A DNA stretch of 64,000 bases from Spirochaetia bacterium (GCA_963677925.2 CAXXYH010000004.1:1504001-1568000); one strand, 5' to 3'; shown: positions 27,050-36,502, counted from the first letter of the stretch. Translations and numbers: made by a program. Notes: a model not told the origin generated them from the letters alone.

Positions 27050-27691
27050 TTATTTTGACTGTCCGTAATCTTTAAAAACATTAACTGCTTCAACAAACTG
27101 TTCATCTGTAAGAAGAACCGGTTCGCCCATAGATTTTGCTACAAAGAGGGTTTTTACAGCATCCTCAAGATATACTGCGGCATAAAGAGCTTCCTTGATT
27201 GTTTTACCGACAGTAATTACGCCGTGGTTTTTGAGGATTACCGCATTTGAATCACCGATGTTGTCTACGGTTTCTTCACCCATAGCAAGGCTTGCCGCAG
27301 AGCTGAAGGGAGCTACATGAACTTCACCGGCACAAGCGTTCGCAAGTGTTGTTACGGCATTGGGGACCTTGTCGTATACCATGCCGACTGCTGTTGCATA
27401 TACCTGATGTGTGTGGATAATTGCGTTTACTCTTTCCATGTTCTTATAAACATGAAGGAGGGCAATTGAATCAACGGAGGGTCTTCTTGTTCCCTCTATT
27501 ATGTTTCCGTCTATATCCATAACTACAATATCATCTGCAACCATGGTGTCGTATGCCATGCCTGAAGGAGTTACAAGTATTTTGTTATCCGGCATTCTGC
27601 TGCTGACATTTCCCCCTGAAAGTGCAATGAGGTTGTATTCTTTCAGCGCCTGGCCTGTTTTAATGAGTTCATTTTTCTCTTTTTCGTACAT
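27050..27691 (-). CDS. Class II aldolase/epimerase, probably L-ribulose-5-phosphate 4-epimerase
   Basis: GGNVS, TPSG, HTH and NHG Zn-binding motifs; PSVD (Asp as in AraD, not Glu as in FucA); operon context. Confidence 0.75.
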   Translation of the reverse strand: MYEKEKNELIKTGQALKEYNLIALSGGNVSSRMPDNKILVTPSGMAYDTMVADDIVVMDIDGNIIEGTRRPSVDSIALLHVYKNMERVNAIIHTHQVYATAVGMVYDKVPNAVTTLANACAGEVHVAPFSSAASLAMGEETVDNIGDSNAVILKNHGVITVGKTIKEALYAAVYLEDAVKTLFVAKSMGEPVLLTDEQFVEAVNVFKDYGQSK

Positions 27692-27724
27692 TATCTTCTC
27701 CTGTGGTTTTTAGTAGGATGCGAT

Positions 27725-27783
27725 AATTTAACATGGTTCATGTCGTATGTCAAATAAAATGACAAATGTTAAAACATATGTCA
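27725..27783 (-). promoter_or_regulatory. Sigma70 promoter and operator of the epimerase-kinase-regulator operon
   Basis: Minus strand TTGACA-17-TAAATT; upstream inverted repeat TGACAAATGTT-AA-AACATATGTCA (27760-27783). Confidence 0.7.
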
Positions 27784-27788
27784 GTAAA

Positions 27789-29621
27789 TCAGATGAAATG
27801 AGGGATCAGTATTGTAAATACACAGCCCGATTCAGGATGGTTTTCGACGGTAATTTTCCCGTTCATTTTATTAACTATTCCGTAAGATACCGACAGGCCT
27901 AGACCCAGGTTGTTTCCTGTTGCGTTTTTCTTTGAGAAAAACGGCAGGAAAATATTCTTTTTATCATCCTCGCTTATTCCAGGGCCGGTATCCCTGAATA
28001 CCATCTTCGCATAGCTGATTCCGCCTTCCGAAACTGATGTAAGTGATATTTCAAGTCTGCCTTCGCTGTTAACCGCTTCGAAACTGTTTTTGATGATATT
28101 GAGAATAATCTGCTTTACCTCTGTCCGGTTGCAGGCAACCAGAACTGCTGATTCGGGATCTGAATAATTTATTTCAATATTTCTTTTTTTTGCATTGTAG
28201 GAGATAAGCTGAATAATGTGACCAAGTACTTCGGATAGATCAATTACCTCGGTCTTTTCACTCGCACTGTCGCTGAATGATACCAGGTTGCTGACAATCT
28301 GTACGATGCTTTCAACCTCTTCCTCTATGTTATCAAGCACCTTGTCCAGCCGACCATCCGGAAGCATGGTCCTCAGATAGTCAATTTCATTGACTATTAT
28401 CTCAAGCGGGTTGTTGATTTCATGGGATACCCCGGCTGCAAGCAGTCCTACAGACCCCAGTTTTTCTGAAAAGTTAAGCTTCTCCCGGAGTGATTCCTGC
28501 TCGGTAATGTCTCCGACAATAATCATACTTCCTATGTACATAGTTCCGTCATAGATAGGATAGGTGGTTATTGTATTGATGGTCTCGTTTCCGCTGTTGT
28601 GTTTCAGCCGGACTGTGAAGGTTTCAAGCTGTCTTTTTTTAAGTGATTCAAAAACAGATTCAAGGATTTCCGGATTTCCGTTCAGGTTGAAAAACTCATC
28701 AATGCTCTGTCCGATAACAGGCTTATCACCGATTGAGAAGTAAGTCTTGGCATTGTTGTTAAGCAGTCTGAGTATCCGGTACTCATCAACTACAATCAGG
28801 TTCATGGGCAGGTTTTCAAGTATGGCCCTGTTGTATTTAAGCAGCTGGTAGAACTCCTGAGTGGTTGTGTCCAGACTGCTTTCCTGTACAACCTGAGTGT
28901 ATGCAAGCTTTATCAGATTGATCTTGTCGATATTTTTGATGGATTCGGTAGTAAGAATCCTTCCGTTTCTGATTACCGATACCCTGTCTGCAAAAGTGTA
29001 GACATCATCAATTCGATGAGTAATGAAAATAATGCTTGTGCCTTCCTCTTTTCTCTTTTTAAGTTCGGGAATGATTCTGTTAATATCGACAGCTGTCATC
29101 TTCTCAAAGGTTTCATCAAGTATCAGAAGCGCAGGGTCAGTGTGAAGGTGTTTGAGCAGTTCCAGCAGAACCTTCTCGGTATCCTTAAGAGTGCTCAGTC
29201 TTCGATGGCTGCGGAAATTGAAGCCGAGTGAGTCAAAAAAATCATCTGCCTTTCTGTTCAGTTCCTTGTTTGTGAAAAAACTCTTCATGAAGAAACGGGG
29301 ATCGTTGGCAAAAAGGTTCTGCGCGATTGAGAGCCTCTCATACTGCTCAATTTCCTGCATAACTATCTCTATTCCCTGCTCCTTTGCGGAACCCGGCTGA
29401 AAATATGCAGTCTGACTGGCATCCCAGAAAAGCTGTCCGGAATCAGGTTTTACATGGCCGGAAAGGATCATTGCCAGCGAAGATTTGCCCGCACCATGCT
29501 CTCCTATGACTGCATGAATTTCGCCCTTTCGGACGCTGAAATCAATTTTGCGCAGTACACTTGTCTGGCCGTAATTTAAACAGATTTTCTTTAGTTCTAT
29601 GATGTTCGTATCAGAGGACAT
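27789..29621 (-). CDS. Soluble histidine kinase with an N-terminal sugar-ABC nucleotide-binding domain and a PAS domain
   Basis: aa 1-245 RbsA/MglA NBD1-like (GEIHAVIGEHGAGKSS, Q-loop VMQE, LLILDE, ITHR); PAS at about 255-375; H-box AGVSHEINNPL; NIIKNSFEA, DTGPGI and GLGL boxes; no transmembrane segment. Confidence 0.9.
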   Translation of the reverse strand: MSSDTNIIELKKICLNYGQTSVLRKIDFSVRKGEIHAVIGEHGAGKSSLAMILSGHVKPDSGQLFWDASQTAYFQPGSAKEQGIEIVMQEIEQYERLSIAQNLFANDPRFFMKSFFTNKELNRKADDFFDSLGFNFRSHRRLSTLKDTEKVLLELLKHLHTDPALLILDETFEKMTAVDINRIIPELKKRKEEGTSIIFITHRIDDVYTFADRVSVIRNGRILTTESIKNIDKINLIKLAYTQVVQESSLDTTTQEFYQLLKYNRAILENLPMNLIVVDEYRILRLLNNNAKTYFSIGDKPVIGQSIDEFFNLNGNPEILESVFESLKKRQLETFTVRLKHNSGNETINTITTYPIYDGTMYIGSMIIVGDITEQESLREKLNFSEKLGSVGLLAAGVSHEINNPLEIIVNEIDYLRTMLPDGRLDKVLDNIEEEVESIVQIVSNLVSFSDSASEKTEVIDLSEVLGHIIQLISYNAKKRNIEINYSDPESAVLVACNRTEVKQIILNIIKNSFEAVNSEGRLEISLTSVSEGGISYAKMVFRDTGPGISEDDKKNIFLPFFSKKNATGNNLGLGLSVSYGIVNKMNGKITVENHPESGCVFTILIPHFI

Positions 29622-30918
29622 CTGTAATACCGTATTTAGTCATCTTGCTGTACAGGGTTGTCCTTGAAATACTCAGTTCCTCTGCCGCTTTCTTTTTATT
29701 ATATGAGTGTCTAATAAGAGTTTTGATTATAAGCTCTTTTTCAACTGCCATAACCGGAGTGAGTGTGGCTGTTTCATCAATAGTTTTTACCGGATGCGAC
29801 ATGGGCAGATCTTCAGGAAGCATGATCCCGTTTGAACAAATTGTTGCACCGTAATTGACGGCGGCTTTCAGCTCTCTCACATTTCCCGGCCAGTCATAAT
29901 TCAGAAGCAGTTCCATAGCCTGGTCGGAAATTGAAACACGGGGTTTTGCTTCCTCATCAGAATAACGGTTGAGAAAGTAATCGATCAGCAGGGGGATGTC
30001 TTCCTTCCGATCTCTAAGCGGCGGAATATAAACAGAGGCGCAGTTGAGTCTGTAATACAGGTCGCTTCTAAAAAGCTTGTCGGAAACAAGTTCTTCAAGA
30101 TTCCTGTTTGTAGCCGCTATGAAGCGGACGTTAATCTTTATGATTTCCTTACCGCCGAGTCGTCTTATTTCATTTTCCTGAATGGCCCGAAGGATTTTTG
30201 CCTGAATAGATAGGGGCATGTCCCCAAGTTCATCCAGGAAGAGAGAGCCGTTATCGGCCTGTTCAAAAACCCCCTTGAAGCAGTCATTTGCCCCGGTGTA
30301 TGAACCCTTCTCGTGTCCGAAGAGCTCGTTGTCCAGCAGTGATTCCGGAAAGGCGGCACAGTTTATCTTTACGAAGTTTTTTTCTTCTCTTGGAGAGTAT
30401 TTATGAATGAGGTCGGCAAGCAGTTCTTTTCCGGTGCCGCTTTCCCCGAGAATCAGTACCGAGAGATTTGACTGCGCAAGTTTCAGTGATTTCTTTATTA
30501 CATCAACCATCCTGCTGTTGCGTGTCTGTATCTCGGGAATCGCCGGAAGCTCCCTGGATTCTTCTCTCAAAAGTGCTTTTACCTGTTCCAGCAGGGTAGG
30601 GAATCTTACAGGCTTTTTGAGGTATTCATTAGCTCCAAGCTTAATTGCCTGTACTGCTGTTTCAACGGTTGCAAAACCGGTTATCATCAGAACAGGAAGA
30701 TCCGGCATCATCTTCTTGATCATAGTCAGAGCGTCAATTCCGCTTTCCTCTCCGATCTTGATATCAACAATCGCAAGATCGATTGGGCAGCACTGGAGAA
30801 TTCCCGATGCTGTGCTTATGTCGGGAGCTGTGGCGCATTCTATTCCTACAGAACCGAAATTACGTGAAAGGGTATCAAGAATCTTCTGGTTATCATCAAG
30901 TATTAAAATTCTGCTCAT
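29611..30918 (-). CDS. NtrC-family sigma54-dependent response regulator
   Basis: Receiver domain (ILDD, VDIKI, TGF, LKKP), GESGTGKE, GHEKGSYTGA, LFLDE, WPGNVREL, Fis-type HTH. Confidence 0.93.
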   Translation of the reverse strand: MSRILILDDNQKILDTLSRNFGSVGIECATAPDISTASGILQCCPIDLAIVDIKIGEESGIDALTMIKKMMPDLPVLMITGFATVETAVQAIKLGANEYLKKPVRFPTLLEQVKALLREESRELPAIPEIQTRNSRMVDVIKKSLKLAQSNLSVLILGESGTGKELLADLIHKYSPREEKNFVKINCAAFPESLLDNELFGHEKGSYTGANDCFKGVFEQADNGSLFLDELGDMPLSIQAKILRAIQENEIRRLGGKEIIKINVRFIAATNRNLEELVSDKLFRSDLYYRLNCASVYIPPLRDRKEDIPLLIDYFLNRYSDEEAKPRVSISDQAMELLLNYDWPGNVRELKAAVNYGATICSNGIMLPEDLPMSHPVKTIDETATLTPVMAVEKELIIKTLIRHSYNKKKAAEELSISRTTLYSKMTKYGITDVL

Positions 30919-30982
30919 CGGTGGAAATACTTTAACACGGTTTTTTATGCAGTCAAAGATAAAACTTTACCAAACAGGGAAC

Positions 30983-31033
30983 TGAACATTTTCTGAACAT
31001 GTAATTCGGACAGATCTGTCCAGATATTGAACA
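30983..31033. promoter_or_regulatory. Candidate upstream activator sites for the sigma54 regulator
   Basis: TGAACATTTTCTGAACA (30983-30999) and TGTCCAGATATTGAACA (31017-31033, TGT-N11-ACA), about 75-125 bp upstream of the -24 element; perfect palindrome GGACAGATCTGTCC at 31008-31021. Confidence 0.6.
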
Positions 31034-31105
31034 CATTGTTTTTGACAGTTTTTTCCGGAATCTGTTAACTTATTCTGATTATGTGACTTAGCTGTTTTTC
31101 GGATT

Positions 31106-31124
31106 TTTGGCATGCTTACTGCAT
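31106..31124 (+). promoter_or_regulatory. Sigma54 (-24/-12) promoter of the sugar ABC operon
   Basis: TTTGGCATGCTTACTGCAT: GG at 31109-31110, N10, GC at 31121-31122. Confidence 0.8.
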
Positions 31125-31131
31125 GTATAGA

Positions 31132-31150
31132 TTTTGACAAATGTCATAAA
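31132..31150. promoter_or_regulatory. Operator-like palindrome at the predicted sigma54 start site
   Basis: TTTTGACAAATGTCATAAA; the TGACAAATGT core also occurs at 27760. Confidence 0.6.
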
Positions 31151-31178
31151 ATAATTCAATCACAAAAGGAGAGAGATT

Positions 31179-32255
31179 ATGAAGACTAGTAAAGTTCTTG
31201 CTCTTGTACTTGCTGTACTGACAGTGTTCGCACTGCTGGGTTTCAGCGGCTGTGCAAAAGAAGAGGCAGCAGCCGCACCTGCAGCTGCTGATACAGAAGA
31301 GGTTAGTTCACCTTTTATCGGCGACCCCAGCGAAACATATTATATGTGTGTTATGGTGTCAGGTGTAGAATACTGGTTCCCTGTTTATGAAATGATGAAG
31401 CAGGCCGGACAGCAGCTTGGTGTTGATACTGTTTATACAGGAACTCCTGAATACGACGTTAACAAGCAGCTTGCTGTATTTGAGCAGATTCTTGCTAAAA
31501 AACCTGCCGGTATCCTTCTTCACCCGATGAATCCGGATGCATTCATTGAACCAATCAACAGAGCCGCAGAAATGGGAATTCCTGTTGTTACATTTGCTGC
31601 TGACTCACCCAATTCAAAGCGTGTTTCCTACATTACTTCAGATAACACAAGAGAAGGTAGTTTTGCTGCCGACACAATCGCTAAGGATATGGGAGAAAAA
31701 GGTGAAGTTGCCGTTCTTGAAAATCCGGGACAGGATAACCACGACAAGCGTGTTAAGGCATTTATCGAAAGAATTGAAACTGCATATCCAAACATGAAAG
31801 TTGTTGCCAGAGCTGCTACAAACCAGGATCCCAACAAGGCATACCAGGCTCTTATGACAATGGCACAGGCTCATCCTAACCTCGGCGGTGTTTTCATGCC
31901 GGAAGCCAGCTCGGGAATGGGTGCTGCACAGGCTGCCAAAGAACTCGGAACAGGCATCAGGGTAATGTGTGTTGACGTTAATGCAAAGGTTCTTGATATG
32001 CTTAAAGCCGGTGAAATGTTTGCTGCTCTCAATCCGAACCAGGGTCTTCAGGGATACTACGGAATGCTTCTGCTTTATCTTGCAAAGCACTCAGACATGG
32101 TTGATCCGATGAATGACTACAAGGATGCAGGCTACAACCCGACCGGAATACCTCTGCTTGATAACGGCCTTGCTGTTGTAACAAAAGACAATGCTGATAA
32201 CTTCTACTGGGACAAGTATCTCAAGAGAAGAGGTACCAAGGGTATCAACGAATAA
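31179..32255 (+). CDS. Sugar ABC transporter substrate-binding lipoprotein
   Basis: FSG-C lipobox, RbsB-type fold motifs (GIPVVTFAADSP, YITSDN); AGGAG RBS. Confidence 0.92.
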   Translation: MKTSKVLALVLAVLTVFALLGFSGCAKEEAAAAPAAADTEEVSSPFIGDPSETYYMCVMVSGVEYWFPVYEMMKQAGQQLGVDTVYTGTPEYDVNKQLAVFEQILAKKPAGILLHPMNPDAFIEPINRAAEMGIPVVTFAADSPNSKRVSYITSDNTREGSFAADTIAKDMGEKGEVAVLENPGQDNHDKRVKAFIERIETAYPNMKVVARAATNQDPNKAYQALMTMAQAHPNLGGVFMPEASSGMGAAQAAKELGTGIRVMCVDVNAKVLDMLKAGEMFAALNPNQGLQGYYGMLLLYLAKHSDMVDPMNDYKDAGYNPTGIPLLDNGLAVVTKDNADNFYWDKYLKRRGTKGINE

Positions 32256-32266
32256 TCAGAATTTTC

Positions 32267-32297
32267 AGGCCGTATCCTCACCTGAGGATGCGGCTTT
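32267..32297 (+). terminator. Intercistronic stem-loop after the binding-protein gene
   Basis: AGGCCGTATCCTCA-CC-TGAGGATGCGGCTTT. Confidence 0.6.
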
Positions 32298-32322
32298 CTT
32301 ATCATTACTACGGAGGAAGTAA

Positions 32323-33831
32323 TTGAGTGATAATTTTGTACTGGAAGTAGAGGGTATAATAAAGGATTTTCCGGGTACACGGGCACTTGATAATGTAAGC
32401 CTGGGGCTTAAAAAAGGTGAAGTTCTGGCTCTTGTAGGCGAGAACGGCGCAGGAAAATCCACCCTGATGAACATAATAGACGGTGTACTTCTTCCTGATG
32501 AGGGTTCGATCCGCATAAACGGAGAAGAAGTGCAGATAAGAAATCCGCTGGATGCTCAGTTACATGGAATAGGTTTTGTCCATCAGGAAATAGCGCTTTG
32601 CCAGCATGTCACTGTAGCGGAAAATGTTTTTATGGCAGAGCTTAACAATACTAAAAGTAAATTTGTTAACTACAAGGATTTATATAAAAGAGCTGCTGAA
32701 ATCCTGAAGCCTCTGGGAGATGTTGATCCCCGAAAGGTTGTCAGTGAACTTTCAATATCAAAGCAGCAGATAGTAGAAATTGCGAAAGCATTAAGTCTTG
32801 ACTGTAAAATACTGATTCTGGATGAGCCTACGGCCGCACTGACCGAGGCTGAAACAGATGCTCTGTTCACTATTATGAGAGAGCTCAAAAGCAAGGGGAT
32901 CAGTATTATATATATAAGCCACAGGATGGCTGAAATCTTCTCACAGTGCGACAGAGTTGCGATACTAAGAGACGGCACTTACTGCGGAGAGCTTAATATT
33001 TCCGAGACTGACTCGAAGGAAGTTGTCAGCAGGATGGTCGGCCGGGAAATATCGGACCTGTATCCGCCGAAGTTTCATGGTGTTTGCACTGAGCAGGATG
33101 AACTTTTGAGGATAGAAAATTTCTCTGACGGAAACAGGTTTAAAGATATCTCCTTTACCCTGCATAAGGGAGAAATCCTGGGTCTTTCGGGACTGATAGG
33201 TGCCGGCCGAAGTGAGATAGTCAAGGCTGTATGCGGACTTTTTCCGAAAATTGAAGGCCGCACTTATTTCAACGGTAAAGAAATAAAAATCAGCAGCTAT
33301 CAGGATGCCATCAACTACGGTATAGTTTATCTCACCGAGGATCGTAAAGTGGAGGGGGTTTTCCTGGAGAAGTCCATTCAGCTTAATATCTCGGCTCTTA
33401 ACCTGGATCAGGTTTCAACAAGCGGGATGGTTGATGTTTCAAAGGAGAAGAAACAGGCAGCCGAATTTGCCGGGAAACTGAATGTTAAATATGCCAGTCT
33501 GTCTCAGCATGCTTCATCCCTGTCGGGAGGAAACCAGCAGAAGGTTCTTATTGCCAAGCTTCTTTCGGTCAATCCGAAGGTTGTAATTATGGATGAACCT
33601 ACTAGGGGTATCGATGTCGGAGCCAAATCTGAAATTCATAAGCTGATAAGAACTCTCACCTGTGAGGGAATCGGGGTTATAATGATTTCATCAGAACTGC
33701 CCGAACTGATAGGAATGAGCGATCGTGTCCTTGTTATGCACGAGGGGTCGAGCTGCGGTATTATTACCGGTGATGATATAAACGAAAAGAAAATAATCCA
33801 TATGGCTTCCGGTCTGGAAAAGATGGAATAA
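32323..33831 (+). CDS. Sugar ABC transporter ATP-binding protein (two NBDs, CUT2)
   Basis: GENGAGKST, LDEPT, GLIGAGRSE, LSGGNQQK and DEPTRGIDVGAK motifs. Confidence 0.95.
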   Translation: MSDNFVLEVEGIIKDFPGTRALDNVSLGLKKGEVLALVGENGAGKSTLMNIIDGVLLPDEGSIRINGEEVQIRNPLDAQLHGIGFVHQEIALCQHVTVAENVFMAELNNTKSKFVNYKDLYKRAAEILKPLGDVDPRKVVSELSISKQQIVEIAKALSLDCKILILDEPTAALTEAETDALFTIMRELKSKGISIIYISHRMAEIFSQCDRVAILRDGTYCGELNISETDSKEVVSRMVGREISDLYPPKFHGVCTEQDELLRIENFSDGNRFKDISFTLHKGEILGLSGLIGAGRSEIVKAVCGLFPKIEGRTYFNGKEIKISSYQDAINYGIVYLTEDRKVEGVFLEKSIQLNISALNLDQVSTSGMVDVSKEKKQAAEFAGKLNVKYASLSQHASSLSGGNQQKVLIAKLLSVNPKVVIMDEPTRGIDVGAKSEIHKLIRTLTCEGIGVIMISSELPELIGMSDRVLVMHEGSSCGIITGDDINEKKIIHMASGLEKME

Positions 33832-33842
33832 GGGAGAAGATA

Positions 33843-34832
33843 ATGAGCGAAATTGCAAACAACCGGTTTGCTGTATTAAACCGGATTTTTACAAAGATTA
33901 AGGGCTTCAGGGAAGGAACTCTCATTCTGATTATCATAGGTGTCTGTATTCTAATGAATTTTCTGTCGCCTTATTTCATGACCTGGAACAACTGGAAGGC
34001 TATATTCCTTTCATTTGCAACCGAAGGTATCGTCGTTGTAGGAATGACTGTAATGCTGGTTCTGGGCGGAATCGACCTTTCAGTAGGTGCTGTAATGTGT
34101 CTGGCAATGTGTATTGCCGGAAAGCTTTTCCTTCTTGGTGTTGATCCCTGGGTTGCAAGTATTATTGCCCTGGTCATAACCGGCGGAATAGGTGCCATAA
34201 TGGGTATTCTTGTTACGAGGGTGGGGCTTGTGCATTTTATTACAACACTGGCATTTATGGGTATTGCCCGCGGTGCATGCTTTGTAATAACTCAGGGAAC
34301 TCCGTTGTCCCTTTTCACACTTCCCTCAAGCTTCAAGTTTCTCGGACAGGGAACAATCGGACCCTTTCCTTTTGTAATAATAATTTTTCTTGTGATAGTA
34401 ATATTCAGTGATTATATGCTTAGAAATTCAACTCTTCTACGGAAGGTTTTCTACACAGGAAGTAATGAAAAAGCTGCAAAGTTTTCAGGTATAAGAATCA
34501 ACCGGGTAAAAATCGGCGTGAGTACACTCTGCTCACTTCTTGCGGGGCTGGCCGGTATAATCTATATGGCACGTTTCGGTGCCTCTACTCCCGGATTCGG
34601 AGTAGGACTTGAAATGACTGCAATTTCCGCTGCCGTTATCGGCGGAGCCAGCCTTACCGGAGGTGAGGGAACTGTATTCGGATCAATCCTTGGAATCGCC
34701 CTTCTTTCAATCATAACCAGTTCACTTATTCTTCTTGATGTATCTGTTTACTGGCAGGATCTTATTAAGGGTATTATTCTTCTTTTTGCAGTATCAATAG
34801 ACCATCTGCAGCATATAAAGAGACAGGCATAA
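33843..34832 (+). CDS. Sugar ABC transporter permease
   Basis: GGIDLSVG, GSNEKAAKFSGI and AISAAVIGGASLTGGEG motifs. Confidence 0.95.
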   Translation: MSEIANNRFAVLNRIFTKIKGFREGTLILIIIGVCILMNFLSPYFMTWNNWKAIFLSFATEGIVVVGMTVMLVLGGIDLSVGAVMCLAMCIAGKLFLLGVDPWVASIIALVITGGIGAIMGILVTRVGLVHFITTLAFMGIARGACFVITQGTPLSLFTLPSSFKFLGQGTIGPFPFVIIIFLVIVIFSDYMLRNSTLLRKVFYTGSNEKAAKFSGIRINRVKIGVSTLCSLLAGLAGIIYMARFGASTPGFGVGLEMTAISAAVIGGASLTGGEGTVFGSILGIALLSIITSSLILLDVSVYWQDLIKGIILLFAVSIDHLQHIKRQA

Positions 34833-34965
34833 GGAGCAAAAATCAAAACTTATAAGGTTTTGATTATTAACAGGAGTTTTTTGTAACTCTGGACAGATAA
34901 AAGAGAGCATATTGTTGCAAAAAGCTCCATTTCTACTATTTCCGGAGCGGGTGAAATTAAAGTGC

Positions 34966-35010
34966 GGCCTTTTTGATACATTTATTGTATTAAGAAGGTC
35001 CTTTTTTTTT
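34966..35010 (+). terminator. Intrinsic terminator of the ABC operon
   Basis: 15 bp stem GGCCTTTTTGATACA/TGTATTAAGAAGGTC (three G-U pairs) followed by CT9. Confidence 0.75.
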
Positions 35011-35019
35011 ATCTGCTTC

Positions 35020-35048
35020 TTGACAGTTTAAGATAAAAACTCTATGTT
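35020..35048 (+). promoter_or_regulatory. Sigma70 promoter of the trp operon
   Basis: TTGACA-17-TATGTT, about 45 nt upstream of trpE. Confidence 0.65.
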
Positions 35049-35092
35049 TCTATATACAATAACGTTTCTATAGGTAGAAACCGGGAGATTTT

Positions 35093-36493
35093 ATGCGACA
35101 GATGCACATGGTCAAAAAAATACCGGGCGAGAAGTTTACACCCTTTGCCCTCGCGCAGAAGCTTAATGCTGCTGTAATACTTGAATCATCATCGCTGAGC
35201 AAGGGACGTGAGAGATATTCCATCCTTCTTATCAAAGAAGCATTCCGTATTGTTCAGAAAGGAACAGACTGCGCACTTGTTACGAAAGACGGCCGGAAGA
35301 AAAAGATAGTCAACGGCGGCCGCGATATTCTTGATTCAGTGAAGAAATTTGCCCTTTTTCACAAGGGCGTTGAACACGATTTTCCCTTTCCCTCCGGCGG
35401 AATAGGCTTTTTATCATTCGAGTTCGCAAGGTTCTGTGATGACATAAACTTTGTTGAACGCTCGGATCAGCTCGGACTTCCTGATGCCTGCTTTCTCTTC
35501 GGAAACGATTTTCTTATCTTCGATCACTACACTGATGAAATCTACATCCTGATTATCAACTACCCCGGATACGAGGTCGATCTCGAGAAGGAACTTAAGA
35601 AAGTAGAAAGCAAGATATTTGATCTCAACTTCAACTACATGGCTGAACCGCCGCAGACGGACCCTGCTGAAATTGTTTCATCGAAGGCCGTAGAAGAGGA
35701 ATACAAAAAGAATGTCGGGATAATCCGGGATGAGGTGATTAAGGGGAATCTTCTTCAGGGTGTACCTTCCCGAAGGCTTGAGATAAAAACCGATATGAAG
35801 GCAATTGATGCATACCGCAATCTTCGCTCATCAAATCCATCCCCCTATCTTTTCTTTCTGGATTTCGGCGAGTACCAGCTCTACGGAGCTTCACCCGAGG
35901 TTCATATCAAAGTGAAAAACGGCAAAGTAACTATCCGTCCGATAGCGGGTACCCGTCGAAGAGGTAAGAACGAAGCCGAGGATATTGCTCTGGCTGATGA
36001 ACTTCTGGCAGATGAAAAGGAACGTGCGGAACATCTTATGCTAATAGATCTTGCCCGTAACGACCTTGGTAGGGTATGTAAAACCGGAACTGTAAAAGTA
36101 ACTGAATACATGGTGATAGAGAAATACTCCAAGGTGATGCATATAGTCTCTCAGGTTGAAGGTGAGCTTCGGGATGATAAGGACAGCACAGATGCCGTCA
36201 GGGCAAGCTTTCCGGCGGGAACCGTCTCCGGCGCACCCAAGATCCAGGCTATAGAAACCATCTCCAGAATTGAAAAATTCAACCGCAGCTTTTATGCCGG
36301 CCTTGTCGGTTATATGGATTCTTCGGGAGACATAGATACATGTATAACTATCCGCAGCGGACTCAAGCGGCACGACAGGCTCTATCTGCAGGCGGGCGGC
36401 GGCATCGTTTTTGATTCCAACCCGGAACGCGAACTTGAAGAAACCAATGAAAAACTAAGGGCGGCCGCTCTTGCCGCCGGAATACAGGTGTGA
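35093..36493 (+). CDS. trpE: Anthranilate synthase component I
   Basis: ILESS, NPSPY, GASPE, PIAGTRRRG, DEKERAEHLMLIDLARND and FPAGTVSGAPK motifs. Confidence 0.95.
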   Translation: MRQMHMVKKIPGEKFTPFALAQKLNAAVILESSSLSKGRERYSILLIKEAFRIVQKGTDCALVTKDGRKKKIVNGGRDILDSVKKFALFHKGVEHDFPFPSGGIGFLSFEFARFCDDINFVERSDQLGLPDACFLFGNDFLIFDHYTDEIYILIINYPGYEVDLEKELKKVESKIFDLNFNYMAEPPQTDPAEIVSSKAVEEEYKKNVGIIRDEVIKGNLLQGVPSRRLEIKTDMKAIDAYRNLRSSNPSPYLFFLDFGEYQLYGASPEVHIKVKNGKVTIRPIAGTRRRGKNEAEDIALADELLADEKERAEHLMLIDLARNDLGRVCKTGTVKVTEYMVIEKYSKVMHIVSQVEGELRDDKDSTDAVRASFPAGTVSGAPKIQAIETISRIEKFNRSFYAGLVGYMDSSGDIDTCITIRSGLKRHDRLYLQAGGGIVFDSNPERELEETNEKLRAAALAAGIQV

Positions 36494-36502
36494 GGCAGGA
36501 AT

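Noticed and set aside
27789-29621. ABC-kinase fusion as a decayed transporter or chance read-through
   Set aside because: Single clean frame with a short helical linker, intact Walker, H-switch and kinase boxes, and a separate complete ATPase in the importer operon. Homologue confirmation is still needed.
34833-35092. Trp attenuator or T-box upstream of trpE
   Set aside because: No leader ORF with Trp codons and no T-box bulge sequence; the terminator lies upstream of a separate trp promoter and fits the ABC operon.
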